Part shown: positions 43,494 to 53,780 of the stretch, one piece after another | How positions within the stretch are numbered: the first letter of the stretch is position 1 | How the letters are laid out: the number at the start of each line of letters is the position of its first letter | Origin: an uncultured delta proteobacterium | Lineage (GTDB): Bacteria; Myxococcota_A; Polyangia; Polyangiales; Polyangiaceae | Reading direction: 5' to 3' | DNA: 64,000 nucleotides | NCBI GenBank assembly: GCA_963782055.1 | Contig: CAWAIF010000003.1 | Location: forward strand, 448,001-512,000 | Made by a program: the position numbers and the translations under genes | Notes under the pieces: generated by a model | Databases searched by the model: none | Told to the model about the DNA's origin: nothing | What the model saw: only the letters and a program-made list of their open reading frames with translations

Positions 43494-46400
43494 TCAGAGG
43501 ATCCCGAACTCTTTCAGCCGGCGGTAGAACGTGCGCCGGGGAATGCCGGTGAGCTGCGCCGCCTTCACCCGGTTCCAGTTGCAGGCCTCCAGCGCGCGCA
43601 GGATGCGGTCTCGCTCCGAGCCCTTGAACTCCTCCTCGTTCTGGGCGAAGCGCGCCTGCCGCGAGGGCTGCGGGCGGCTCTGGTCGGGGAGCTGGAAGTC
43701 GCCGAGCACCAGCTCCTTCCCCTCGCCCATCAGCCACGCGTTGAGGAGCACGTGCTCGAGCTGCCGCACGTTGCCCGGCCACGAGTAGGCCGAGAGGCGT
43801 CGCAGGGCGTCGCGCTCCACCGATTTGCGCTCCCGCCTGTAGCGCGAGGAAAAGAGGGTGAGGAAGTGGTCGATGAGCGGGGGGATGTCCTCGCTGCGCT
43901 CGCGCAGCGCCGGGACGTGCAGCTCGATGACGTTCAGCCGGTAGTAGAGGTCCTCGCGGAAGGTTCCCTCGGCGACCATCTGCTCCAGGTCGCGGTTGGT
44001 GGCGGCGAGGACGCGGACGTCGACCGCCTCCTCCTTCTCGCCGCCGACGGGTCGCACCGTCCGCTCCTGCAGCACGCGCAGCAGGCCCGCCTGCATCTTG
44101 AGCGGCATCTCGCCGATCTCGTCGAGCAGCAGGGTGCCTCCCTCCGTCTCGCGGAAGAGGCCCTTGCGGTCGCGGTCGGCGCCGGTGAAGGCGCCGCGCA
44201 CGTGGCCGAACAGCTCGCTCTCCAGCAGGTTGGCGGGGATGGCGCCGCAGTTGACGCCGAGGAAGGGCTTCTTCGCGCGCGGGCCGGCCTGGTGGATGGC
44301 GCGCGCCACCACCTCCTTGCCGGTGCCGCTCTCGCCGGTGACGAGCGCCGGGACGTCGGTGTCCTTGATGCGATCGATGAGGGCGTAGACGCGGCGCATG
44401 GCGGCGCTGGTGCCGACCAGGCCCGCGTAGCCGAAGTGGCCGCGCAGCTCGGCGCGCGCCTGCTGCAGGTTGCGGCGCGTGGCGTGGAGCTGCTCGGTGC
44501 GGCGGCCGAGCGCGTCGGCGAGCCGCTCCTTCGCCGCCTCGAGCTCCCGGCCCTTCTGCTCCAGCTCGGCGTTGCGGCGCTCGTTCTCCTCCAGGAGGCG
44601 CGCGTTCTCGATGGCGATGGCCGCCTGATCGGCGAAGGCGGCGAGGGTGGGCAGCTCCTCCTGGAAGCGCAGGCCCGGACGCAGGCGCGTCTCGATGTAG
44701 AGCGCGCCGATGGGCCGGCCGAGCGGCGGCGCCCCGCGCACCGGCACGCAGGCGATGGACTGGATCATGAGCTGGTGCACGCTCACCGCGGACGCGAGGC
44801 GCTCGTCCTCGCGCGCCTTGATCGCGACGACGGGCTCGCCCGTGCGCACCACCTTCTCCGCCACCGACCGTGAGAACTGGGCGTGAGGGTCGTCACCCTC
44901 GCGATCGCGAGCGGCGTGCGCGAGCAGCTCGCCCTCCTCGTTGGCCAGGACGACGAAGCCGCGCTCGCCGCCGAGCAGCGCCAGCGCGTGGTCGGTCACC
45001 TTGCGCAGCAGATCGGGCAGGCGGCGCTCGGTGGCGAGCTCGCGCGTCACCTCCAGCACCCGCGCCAGCTTGTCCTCGGCGGGGCGCGGCAAGAACAGCG
45101 AGGTGGCGGCGCCATCGCTGGGGTGCGTGGTGGAGGCGCGGTGGCGCAGCGCGCGGCGGCGTGCGTCGTCCCAGAAGACCTCGCGAAGATCTCGCGGGAG
45201 GCGCGACGCGCTCTCCTCCAGCATGCCGAGCGCCGTGTCGACGTCCCGGCGCGCGAGGGAGAGGTTGCCCTGCGTCGCGTGCAGGCGCGCGCGCGCCTCC
45301 AGCGCCCACACCGCGCGCTCCTGGTGACCGGCGGCGGTGGACGCCTGCACCGACTCGTCGAGCGCGCGCTTGGCCGCTGCCTCGTCGCCCTGGTGTGTCG
45401 CCAGCACGCCGCGCACCAGCTGGGCGAGCGGCTCGTGCTCGCCGAAGCCGCCGTCGATCCCGGCGCGCAGGCCGTCCAGCTCGGCGAGCAGCTTCTCGGC
45501 TCGCGCGTCCTTCGCCTCCGCCCGCACCAGCAGGCCCTCGAGCCGTGCCTCCACCGCGTCCAGCGCGCGCCCCTGCGTCTCGTAGGCGGCCGCGCACTGT
45601 TCGTAGAGCGGCGCGGCGCGCGCCACGTCCCCGGTGCGGGCGGCGAGCTCCGCCTCGCACCCGGCGAGCTGCGCCAGCACCGGTGCCCCGAGCTCCCCCT
45701 CGCGGCGCAGCGCCTCGATGGCGGCGCGCGCCCGCGCGTGACGTCCGAGGTACAGGTCCAGGTTGACCAGGTTGAGGCGCGCCTGCGTGACGGCGAGCAG
45801 CCCGCCCGCGCGCCGCCCCAGGTCCACCGCCGCCTCCAGGTGGCCGAGGGCGGCGGCCGGGTCCCCCTCGGCGCGCGCGAGGGCCGCCAGGTTGAGGCGC
45901 GTGGCCGCGACCGTCGCCGCGTCGCGCGCCGCCTCCGCCGCCGCGAGCGCGCCCTCGTACGCGCGCTTCGCGTCCCCCTGCCGGCTCGCACGCTGGTGCA
46001 CGATCGCCAGCGACCCGAGAGCGATGCCCTCCACCCGGCGGTCGTTGGCGGCCCGCGCGAGGGCGACCGCGCGGGTGATCGCCTCGGTACCCTTGGCGTC
46101 GTCGCCCGTGAAGGCGAGCGCCAGGCCGAGCGTCGTCAGCGCCTCGGCGGCGGTGGAGTCCTCCGCGCCCGCGGCGGCCGCCTCGGCGTCGGCGCGCACG
46201 TCGGGGTAGCGCCCGGCGCGCAGAAGGGCTCGCGCGCGCGCCGCCGACCACGCGCGCCGCCGGGAGCCGCGCCGCGCCTCCGTCGCGACGGCGTCCAGCG
46301 CCTCCAGCGCCGCGCGCGCGTCGCCCCGACCGGTCGCGAGGCGCGAGCGCGCGATCGCCACGCGCACGGCGTCGTCGCCCGCGCCGCCGCCGGCTCGCGC

Positions 46401-47780
46401 CAGCTCGCGCTCCGCCTCGCCGACGTGGCCGCGGTCGATGAGCGACTCCACCTCGTCGAGCGACGCCGGGCCGCCGGACGTCTCCTCGCGGCCGAGCGCG
46501 GCGTCCACGTCGTCGGTGGACACGAGCGGGCGGCCTGCCAGCGCGCGCACCGCGGCGCGCAGCTTCCCCGGGCGCCCGCCGGTGCGCTTCACCAGGTGCG
46601 CGGCGAGCGTCTCGGAGAGGGACGGCATCGCGCGCACGAGGAGATCCCGCGCGACCGCGCCCTCCAGCGGGGGCACCTCGAAGACGCTCACCGGGCGTCC
46701 CAGCGCGCGCGCGGACTCCTCGCTCCCGGCGACCACGGCGCGCGCCCCCCGCGCGAGCGCCGCCCCGAGCTGCCCGCGCGTGGCCGCGTCCAGCGTCTCG
46801 GTGTCGTCCACCACCACCACGGCGTCCTTCGCCACGGGCGCGGCGCCGAGCGGCGGCGCCTCCACGACCGCCTTGCCCTCCACGCCCAGCGTCCACGCGA
46901 TGCGGCGCAGCAGCGTCGTCTTCCCCGCTCCCGGAGGCCCGGTGACGACGAGCACCTCACCCGGAGCCAGATCGCGCGCGGCGGCGATCAACCGCTGCGC
47001 GGGCGCGTCGATGCCGAGCACCGGCCACGCCGGCAGCTCCTCGCTCGGCCCGAGGCCCGCCGCGCGACGCAGCGCGCTCGCCAGCTCGCCGGTGCTCGGG
47101 TAGCGCCGCTTCGCGTCTTCCTCCCGCGCGCGCGCGGCCACCTTCTCCAGCGATCTGCGCGTCGCGACGGGCAGGTCGGCGCCCCGGCGCGCCAGTCCGT
47201 CGGCGAGCGTGGCGCCGAGCGCGTAGACCTCCGCGCGCACCGTGAGCGGCGCGCCCGCGAGCACCTCCGGCGCGGCGTACTTCGGCGTGAGGCCCACCGC
47301 CTGCGCGCCTCCCTCCCGCAGCGGGGTCGCCAGCCCGAGGTCCACCAGCGTCCCGCGCCGGTCCGGCCCGACGATCACGTTCGCCGGCTTGATGTCGCCG
47401 TGAAGCAGCCCCGCGCGGTGCAGCGCGGTGAGCTGCTCGGCCGCGTGCGCGAGCGGCTCCAGCCAGTCCGCCGCGCGCGCGTCGTCGTCGCCCACGACGT
47501 CCTCCAGGCTGCGCCCCTCCACCAGCTCGCGCACCAGGTAGCGGCGGCCGCCCTCCAGCGTGCCGAAGCCGATCACCTTCGGCACGCCGAGGCCTTCCAG
47601 TCCGGAGAGGGCGACCGCCTCGCGCACCAGGGCGTGGAGCTCCGCCGCGCCCGCGCCCTTGGCGAGCACCTTGAGCGCAGCGCGCTCCCCGCGGACCCGG
47701 TCGCGCACGGCCCACACTTCGCCGCCGCCCCCCTGGCCCAGGCGGTGCAGCGCCTCGTACCGACCCGGGAGGGAGAGCAA
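43494..47780 (-). CDS. Ser/Thr kinase - P-loop NTPase - TPR - GAF - sigma54 AAA+ - Fis HTH fusion activator
   Basis: GQGGGGEVW, HGDIKPAN, DLGLA and YAAPE kinase motifs; GPPGAGKT; TPR-like helices; SIACVP..IGALYIE (GAF); GESGTGKE, GAFTGA, WPGNVRQLE; C-terminal HTH. Confidence 0.9.
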   Translation of the reverse strand: MLSLPGRYEALHRLGQGGGGEVWAVRDRVRGERAALKVLAKGAGAAELHALVREAVALSGLEGLGVPKVIGFGTLEGGRRYLVRELVEGRSLEDVVGDDDARAADWLEPLAHAAEQLTALHRAGLLHGDIKPANVIVGPDRRGTLVDLGLATPLREGGAQAVGLTPKYAAPEVLAGAPLTVRAEVYALGATLADGLARRGADLPVATRRSLEKVAARAREEDAKRRYPSTGELASALRRAAGLGPSEELPAWPVLGIDAPAQRLIAAARDLAPGEVLVVTGPPGAGKTTLLRRIAWTLGVEGKAVVEAPPLGAAPVAKDAVVVVDDTETLDAATRGQLGAALARGARAVVAGSEESARALGRPVSVFEVPPLEGAVARDLLVRAMPSLSETLAAHLVKRTGGRPGKLRAAVRALAGRPLVSTDDVDAALGREETSGGPASLDEVESLIDRGHVGEAERELARAGGGAGDDAVRVAIARSRLATGRGDARAALEALDAVATEARRGSRRRAWSAARARALLRAGRYPDVRADAEAAAAGAEDSTAAEALTTLGLALAFTGDDAKGTEAITRAVALARAANDRRVEGIALGSLAIVHQRASRQGDAKRAYEGALAAAEAARDAATVAATRLNLAALARAEGDPAAALGHLEAAVDLGRRAGGLLAVTQARLNLVNLDLYLGRHARARAAIEALRREGELGAPVLAQLAGCEAELAARTGDVARAAPLYEQCAAAYETQGRALDAVEARLEGLLVRAEAKDARAEKLLAELDGLRAGIDGGFGEHEPLAQLVRGVLATHQGDEAAAKRALDESVQASTAAGHQERAVWALEARARLHATQGNLSLARRDVDTALGMLEESASRLPRDLREVFWDDARRRALRHRASTTHPSDGAATSLFLPRPAEDKLARVLEVTRELATERRLPDLLRKVTDHALALLGGERGFVVLANEEGELLAHAARDREGDDPHAQFSRSVAEKVVRTGEPVVAIKAREDERLASAVSVHQLMIQSIACVPVRGAPPLGRPIGALYIETRLRPGLRFQEELPTLAAFADQAAIAIENARLLEENERRNAELEQKGRELEAAKERLADALGRRTEQLHATRRNLQQARAELRGHFGYAGLVGTSAAMRRVYALIDRIKDTDVPALVTGESGTGKEVVARAIHQAGPRAKKPFLGVNCGAIPANLLESELFGHVRGAFTGADRDRKGLFRETEGGTLLLDEIGEMPLKMQAGLLRVLQERTVRPVGGEKEEAVDVRVLAATNRDLEQMVAEGTFREDLYYRLNVIELHVPALRERSEDIPPLIDHFLTLFSSRYRRERKSVERDALRRLSAYSWPGNVRQLEHVLLNAWLMGEGKELVLGDFQLPDQSRPQPSRQARFAQNEEEFKGSERDRILRALEACNWNRVKAAQLTGIPRRTFYRRLKEFGIL

Positions 47781-48755
47781 CTACTTCTTCTTCAGCAGCG
47801 GCTCGAAGCCGAAGTACCCGCTGAGGTTCCAGAAGAAGCCGGTCAGCGAGAAGCCGATGTTGGTGCGCAGCTCGAGGGCCTTGATGGGCTTGAAGCGCAA
47901 GCCGAGCACCGGGAGGGTGAAGTCGATGAACATGCCCGGGACGCTGCCGCCGCCGAACCAGTTGGGCTCGGTGTGGCCGGGGTAGGTGCCGATCTTCTCC
48001 TCGCCCACCTTCGACCCGGAGTGGTTGCTGGCGTTGCAGCCAGCCGGGCCGGTGGTCTCGCACTGGTAGTAGACCGTGCCGCTCGAGCTCTTCTTGCTGT
48101 ACCAGCCGGGGTGCGACGAGTCGGTCGTCACCCAGGTGTCGTAGAGGTTGCCGAAGAGGAAGCCGATGCCGACGCCAAGGCCGTACTCGAAGTCGACGTA
48201 GCCCTTCTTGCTGATCGGCACCGACCACAGCAGGTCCAGCCCGCCGTAGATCCCCCAGAGGGTGGAGTGCACCATGCTCCAGTTGCCGGCGTCGCTGGCG
48301 TTCTTGCCCTTCTGGAGGAACAGCACCGGGTCGAAGCCGTACTCGGTGACGTTGAGCTTCGGCATCAGCGAGAAGTGGTCCTTGCGGATGTCGAGCTGGA
48401 GGCCGACGCTGTTGGTGTAGAAGGTCGCGCCCTCGTCCACGAAGAGGTTGACCATGAACTGCGGGACGATCGTCCCGCGGTAGTAGGCGCCCAGGAAGTA
48501 GTAGGTCTGGCCGGGCGTCTCGAGCACGTCCGACTCCGACTCGGTGGCCGCGGCCGTCGCCGGTGCCGCGGCGCCCTGGTTGGTCAGCCCAGCCTTGGGC
48601 ACGGTCGTCGCGGTGTTCACGGGGGCCGCGCTGTCGTCGCCGGCCGTCGCCGAAGCGTCGCCGCTGCCCGTCACATCCGTCCCCGTCTGCGCGAACGCCG
48701 GACCGGAGACGGCGAGCGCTGCGAGGACCACTGCCAAGCGAAGCCGACCGACCAT
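47781..48755 (-). CDS. Secreted, probable outer-membrane beta-barrel protein
   Basis: Signal peptide ending AFA-Q; alternating aromatic/Gly beta strands; C-terminal WNLSGYFGF. Confidence 0.65.
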   Translation of the reverse strand: MVGRLRLAVVLAALAVSGPAFAQTGTDVTGSGDASATAGDDSAAPVNTATTVPKAGLTNQGAAAPATAAATESESDVLETPGQTYYFLGAYYRGTIVPQFMVNLFVDEGATFYTNSVGLQLDIRKDHFSLMPKLNVTEYGFDPVLFLQKGKNASDAGNWSMVHSTLWGIYGGLDLLWSVPISKKGYVDFEYGLGVGIGFLFGNLYDTWVTTDSSHPGWYSKKSSSGTVYYQCETTGPAGCNASNHSGSKVGEEKIGTYPGHTEPNWFGGGSVPGMFIDFTLPVLGLRFKPIKALELRTNIGFSLTGFFWNLSGYFGFEPLLKKK

Positions 48756-48857
48756 GGTTACTCCTTGAGCGTGTGAGCTAACGCGTTTCCTGCCGCGCGA
48801 TGCGGCTCAGCCCGACAGACATGCTACACTAACGAGCAGGTACGCTTCAGGTCTTTT

Positions 48858-49883
48858 GTGATCCTCCACGGACGTCTGGTCGACCAAGCCATCGACGGTC
48901 ACGAGCGCGCGACGTTCGTGAAGGAGGTGGTCGTCACCCGCGGCGCCGTACCCCTGGCGATGGTGCGCAAGCGTCTCGCCGACGGAGGCAAGGGCATCGC
49001 CGGCGGCGCGCGCGGTCCGGTCCTGCTGGTCCACGGCTTCGGGCAGAACCGTTACGCGTGGCACCTGCCCTCGCGCAGCTTCGTGAATTTCCTGGCACGG
49101 CTGGGCTTCGACGTCTTCAACCTCGACCTCCGCGGCCACGGCCGCTCGCGCCACTTCGGCACCAAGCGCTCGTCGAGCGTCAGCGACTACGTCGAGGAGG
49201 ATCTGCCCAACGCCGTGGAAGAGGTGCAGCGCATCGCCGGCGTGCGGCCGGTGTTCCTCGTCGGTCACTCCCTCGGCGGTCTGGTGAGCTACGCGGCCGC
49301 GCCCAAGCTGGAGGGCGCCGTCGCGGGGATCACCTCCATCGGCAGCCCGTATCACTTCACGCGCGGATCCATGTCGCTCGCCGCCATCGCGACCTTCGTG
49401 CGTCTCGCGACCACGCTCAACGTGCGACCCAACTCGCTGGTGCCGCTGCGGCCCGTCGGGCTCACCATGTCCACCTTCCGCCGCTTCGCCGAGAGCCCGC
49501 TCTACCCCGTGCCGTGGCGCGGCTGGCACAGGGGTGCGCTCGAGCCGCAAGTGCTGACCGAGCATCTGCGCCTCGCCTTCGACCGCGCCGGCCTGGGTGA
49601 GCTGGTGGACATGTTCGAGTGGGCCTCGGAGCGGCAGTTCGGCGGCAAGGAGCGCGACTACGCCGAGCGCTTCGAGGCGATGGACCTCCCGCTGCTCGTG
49701 GTGGCCGGCACCAAGGACGACCTGGCCCCGCCGCAGAGCGTGCGGCCCGGCTTCGCCGCGAGCCGATCGCACGACAAGACCTACCGCGCGCTGCCGCTCG
49801 GCCACATCGACCTGCTCGTCGGGCGCGACGCGCCCTCGTCCACCTGGCCGCTCGTCGGCGAGTGGATGAGCGCGCGGGCGTGA
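48858..49883 (+). CDS. Alpha/beta hydrolase
   Basis: LLVHGFG, LDLRGHG, VGHSLGG nucleophile elbow, GTKDDL and GHIDLL motifs. Confidence 0.88.
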   Translation: MILHGRLVDQAIDGHERATFVKEVVVTRGAVPLAMVRKRLADGGKGIAGGARGPVLLVHGFGQNRYAWHLPSRSFVNFLARLGFDVFNLDLRGHGRSRHFGTKRSSSVSDYVEEDLPNAVEEVQRIAGVRPVFLVGHSLGGLVSYAAAPKLEGAVAGITSIGSPYHFTRGSMSLAAIATFVRLATTLNVRPNSLVPLRPVGLTMSTFRRFAESPLYPVPWRGWHRGALEPQVLTEHLRLAFDRAGLGELVDMFEWASERQFGGKERDYAERFEAMDLPLLVVAGTKDDLAPPQSVRPGFAASRSHDKTYRALPLGHIDLLVGRDAPSSTWPLVGEWMSARA

Positions 49884-49915
49884 CGGCGGGGACGCGGCGT
49901 CGTACGTTCTGCCGG

Positions 49916-50515
49916 ATGCGCAAGCTCGCCGTCGCGCTGCTCCTCCTGGCCGCCTGCGGTCCGGCCGCGCCGCCGCCGCCGGCCCCCCCGGCCACCGCCC
50001 CGAGCTGGAAGCCGAACGGGCACGAGGGCGACGCCGTTCGCCGCGTGAGCCTCCGCCCGGGCGGCACCGTGCGCGAGGCCGCCGCCGACATCGGCCAGGG
50101 CGAGTGTCCGGACGCCGTCTTCGTGTGGGGCGACGTCAACGCCGACCGCGCCATCACCAGGCCCGTCATCCTCTCCGTCGGCACGGCCGAGCTGGTGAAG
50201 GGCTTCATCCTCTGCGAGCGCGACATGACCGCCTTCCTCCGCGCGCAGACGCAGAACCCCAGGCTCAAGGCCGGCCACGGCGGCACCGCCGACCTGCGCT
50301 ACGCCGAGGGGCAGCTCGTCATGCACCGCCGGTGGTCGGCGGGCCTGATCCCCATGGGCGACATGTCCACCATCCCCGACGGCGTCTTCCAGAAGGGCGA
50401 GGTGCTCGCCGCGCTCATCGAGGTGGAGCACCTGAGCGATCCCGCCGCCACCCTGCTGCGCGCCCTCCCCAACGTGCCGAAGGCCTTCCTCTTCGGCATG
50501 TGGCCGCTTCACTAG
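49916..50515 (+). CDS. Lipoprotein of unknown function
   Basis: MRKLAVALLLLAACG lipobox followed by a Pro-rich linker. Confidence 0.7.
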   Translation: MRKLAVALLLLAACGPAAPPPPAPPATAPSWKPNGHEGDAVRRVSLRPGGTVREAAADIGQGECPDAVFVWGDVNADRAITRPVILSVGTAELVKGFILCERDMTAFLRAQTQNPRLKAGHGGTADLRYAEGQLVMHRRWSAGLIPMGDMSTIPDGVFQKGEVLAALIEVEHLSDPAATLLRALPNVPKAFLFGMWPLH

Positions 50516-52146
50516 CCCTCGCTGCCGGCCAGGGCGGCGAGGATCTTCTCCTTGCCGCGGCGCAGCCGCCGATCGCCGCCGGAACCGAGCGCGCGGTGGA
50601 AGAGCGCGGCGAGCGCGAGCAGGCCGGCCGTGATCGGCACGAGCAACGCGGGAGCGTAGTGCATGGCGGCCACGTAGGTGCCGCCCAGCAGAAGCCCGCC
50701 GGCGATGGACAGCCCGAGGCCGACGAAGACCAGCCCGATGGGCGTCGCGTTGCCCCGCACGCTGCGGCGCGGGAGCATGCGCGGCATCCACACGCTGGTG
50801 CGTCGCCCCACGCCGTTCTGCACGAAGACGAGCGCGGCGAAGACGAGGACACCCCCGATCACCTGCACCACCGGCGTGTGCCGGAGCCAGAGCATGAGCC
50901 CCGCCAGGAGCGCCGCCTGGATGGCGTGGTAGCCCGCGAAGCCGACGGCCTTGCCACGCCACAGATCCCGCTCGGCGATGGGCAGGAGAAACAGGCACTT
51001 CACGCCGTGGCCATCCAGGCCGAACTGGTTGAGCTGGAACTGGTTGCCGACGAGCGCCACGTAGACGAAGGCGCTGGGGACGGTCCACGCGCTCTGCCCC
51101 ACCACCTGCGCGAGCGGTCCGCGCACCAGCACCAGCACGATGAGCGGCACCACCAGCCCGAAGCGACCGATGCGGCTGCCCATCACGCTGGCGAACTGGA
51201 GCCGCGCCACGCCCTCCCACGGCGCGCCGAAGGACCACGCCCTCGCCGGGCGCCCCTCGCCGGTGAAGTCGCCGCGGGCCTCTCGCGAGAGCAGCCGGGC
51301 GGCCCACACCGAGGCGAGCAGCAAGATGGTTGCAGGATACACGTGAAGCAGCAGCGCCTTCCCCGCCGCGCCGCTGGCCCACGCGTGCACCGATCGCGCG
51401 CCGAAGGTCGTGGGAAGCGCCGCGGCGATCTTGCGCAGCGGCTCGAGGAGCCGCGTGAGCGCCGCCACGCGCGCCGGGGCGAGCGGGTCGTCGCCCGCCG
51501 CCTTCATCTCCGCCGGGATCATCGCGGTCAGCGCGATCCCCAGCCAGCCGGCGAGGGCGAGCAGGCCGAGCGCGACGCGCAGCCGGCGCACCGCGCGCTC
51601 GGCGAGGCTGCCGACCAGGATCTGCGCCACCAGCACGCCGAGCACACCCTCGACCAGCAGGAGCACCAGCATGGGCGTGGACGCGGGCACCGCGATGCCC
51701 ACCCCGACGAGCAGGCACGCCGTCGCGACGCCCAGCACGATGGGGACGAGGTCGGCGGCGCCGGCGAGCAGCTCGGCGAGGAAGAGGGTGCGCACGCGCA
51801 CCGGGTAGGTGCGGTAGCTCTCCCACGTGAGCTGCCGCGCCCCGCCCAGCGTGCCGCTCAGCGCGCCGCCCACCGCCGACGCCCCGAAGAGCACCGCGCC
51901 GAGGAGCGTCTGCGCGTTGGGGTTGGCGATGGACTTCCCGAGGAACCACCCCACACCCAGCATCATCGTCCAGAGCGGCAAAAGGAAGGTGGTGACGAGC
52001 AGCAAGATGAGCACCGCCACCAGCCACACGCCGGAGCGGCCCATCTCGCGCACCGCGCGGTTCTTGGTGGCGGTGGCGTGGGCGACCACGAGCGCGCGGA
52101 AGGCCCGCGGCCGCGGCGGCCCGTCCTGCGCGCCGCCCGCCGTCAC
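50512..52146 (-). CDS. ABC-2-type exporter permease
   Basis: About 12 hydrophobic segments and an NQFGLDG..LFLLPI motif; GTG overlaps the ATPase stop. Confidence 0.75.
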   Translation of the reverse strand: MTAGGAQDGPPRPRAFRALVVAHATATKNRAVREMGRSGVWLVAVLILLLVTTFLLPLWTMMLGVGWFLGKSIANPNAQTLLGAVLFGASAVGGALSGTLGGARQLTWESYRTYPVRVRTLFLAELLAGAADLVPIVLGVATACLLVGVGIAVPASTPMLVLLLVEGVLGVLVAQILVGSLAERAVRRLRVALGLLALAGWLGIALTAMIPAEMKAAGDDPLAPARVAALTRLLEPLRKIAAALPTTFGARSVHAWASGAAGKALLLHVYPATILLLASVWAARLLSREARGDFTGEGRPARAWSFGAPWEGVARLQFASVMGSRIGRFGLVVPLIVLVLVRGPLAQVVGQSAWTVPSAFVYVALVGNQFQLNQFGLDGHGVKCLFLLPIAERDLWRGKAVGFAGYHAIQAALLAGLMLWLRHTPVVQVIGGVLVFAALVFVQNGVGRRTSVWMPRMLPRRSVRGNATPIGLVFVGLGLSIAGGLLLGGTYVAAMHYAPALLVPITAGLLALAALFHRALGSGGDRRLRRGKEKILAALAGSEG

Positions 52147-52889
52147 AGCCACGAGAGCTCCCCCGTGCGCGCGCCACCCACCAGCTCCACGAAGGTGGTC
52201 TCCAGCGACGCGTTCTGTCCGCGCAGCTCCTCCAGCGAGCCGGCGCCGAGCAGCTTGCCCCTGTCCAGGATGGCGATCTCCGGACACAGCCGCTCGACGA
52301 TCTCCAGGATGTGGCTGGTGAGCACCAGCGTGGTACCGCGCCGCTGCAGCCCCAGGAGAATGTCCTTGATGGTGCGGCTGGTGACCGGGTCGATCCCCTC
52401 GAAGGGCTCGTCCAGGAAGATCACCCTCGGGCCGTGCAGCAGCGCCGCCGAGAGCGCCACCTTCTTCTTCATGCCGAAGCTGTAGTCGCCGAGGAGCGTG
52501 CGCGGGCCGGGCGCCAGGTCCAGCTTCTCGAAGAGCTCCTTCTGCCGGGCGTCGATGACGTCGTCCTCCAGGCCGTACATGCGCCCGACGAAGCGCAGGT
52601 ACTGCGGGCCGGTGAGCATCTCCAGCAGCGCCATGTCCTCCGGCATCACGCCGATGCGCCGCTTCACCGCAATCGGGTCCTTCGCCAGGTCGATGCCGAG
52701 CACCTGGATGGAGCCCGCGGTGGGCTCGACGAGCCCCGTCAGCATCTTCAGCGTGGTGGACTTGCCCGCGCCGTTGCGGCCGAGCAGCCCGAGGAAGGTG
52801 CCCTCCGGCACCGAAAGCGAGAGGTCGTCCACCGCGACCTTCTCCCCGAAGCGCTTGGTCACGTGATCGAGGACGATGGCCGCGGCCAT
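52143..52889 (-). CDS. ABC transporter ATP-binding protein
   Basis: GRNGAGKST, YSFGMKKK, IFLDEP and LTSH motifs. Confidence 0.95.
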   Translation of the reverse strand: MAAAIVLDHVTKRFGEKVAVDDLSLSVPEGTFLGLLGRNGAGKSTTLKMLTGLVEPTAGSIQVLGIDLAKDPIAVKRRIGVMPEDMALLEMLTGPQYLRFVGRMYGLEDDVIDARQKELFEKLDLAPGPRTLLGDYSFGMKKKVALSAALLHGPRVIFLDEPFEGIDPVTSRTIKDILLGLQRRGTTLVLTSHILEIVERLCPEIAILDRGKLLGAGSLEELRGQNASLETTFVELVGGARTGELSWL

Positions 52890-52891
52890 GG

Positions 52892-53716
52892 CTACGCGGG
52901 CGTCCCGGAGACGACGAGGTCGAGCAGGGCCGCCGGCGCGTCGACGTGCACCCAGTGGCCCGCGCCGGGGACGATGTGGAAAAACACCCGGTGCGGCGCG
53001 ACCAGGGCAGCGCGCTGCGCGCGCGCGCGGTCACCGGAGTCCAGCACCGAGGAGTCGCCGCCCGCGACCAGGTGCACCGCCACGCGCCCCGCGCGCGACT
53101 CCACCATCGCCCACTCGTCGGTCGCGAAGTAGTCGTCCAGGAGCGCCTTGATGCCCCCCATGTCCGCCCGCCACTCGTAGCCCGCGCCGTCCTTCGCGGC
53201 CTTGACCGACATGGCGAGCCACATCGCCGTCGGCCGGTCGACCCCTTGACCCGTCACGTATGCCAAAAAGTCCTCGCGCCGCGCGAAGCGAGCGGGGAGC
53301 GTCTCGAGCAGGCGCACGATCCGGATGGTCGCGTCCGATCCGCGCGCGTCCGGCCGGGCGCTGGGCGTGGAGTCGATGACCCACGCCACCTCCAGGTCGC
53401 GCCGCTCGCGCAGGTACTCCAGCGCCACCTTGCCGCCGAAGCTGTGGCCGAGCACGCCGCCGACCGGGCCGATCTCCGCCTCGAGGGCGCGCAGGTCCGC
53501 CGCGCAGGCGGCGAGGGTGTGCGGCGGGGGAAAATCCTGCGAGGCGCCGTGCAGCCGCAGGTCGACGAGGACCGCGCCCCAGCCGGGCCGCGCCGCCACG
53601 ACCTGCTTGGCGAAGGTGCGCCAGTTGGCGCCGCTCCCGAGGATGCCGTGCAACAAGAGCATCCAGCGGGAAGGGGCGGCGCCTTCCGCGCGGACCAGCG
53701 CGTGAGCCAGGACCAC
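52892..53716 (-). CDS. Alpha/beta hydrolase (YbfF/ABHD11-like esterase)
   Basis: LHGILGSGANW, DLRLHGAS, GHSFGGK and GAGHWVHVDAP motifs. Confidence 0.88.
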   Translation of the reverse strand: MVLAHALVRAEGAAPSRWMLLLHGILGSGANWRTFAKQVVAARPGWGAVLVDLRLHGASQDFPPPHTLAACAADLRALEAEIGPVGGVLGHSFGGKVALEYLRERRDLEVAWVIDSTPSARPDARGSDATIRIVRLLETLPARFARREDFLAYVTGQGVDRPTAMWLAMSVKAAKDGAGYEWRADMGGIKALLDDYFATDEWAMVESRAGRVAVHLVAGGDSSVLDSGDRARAQRAALVAPHRVFFHIVPGAGHWVHVDAPAALLDLVVSGTPA

Positions 53717-53780
53717 GAGGCCGGACCTTAGCACGCGGCGCGGACGGCTTCGGCCGGCGCCTGTGCTATGCGTGCACCCC

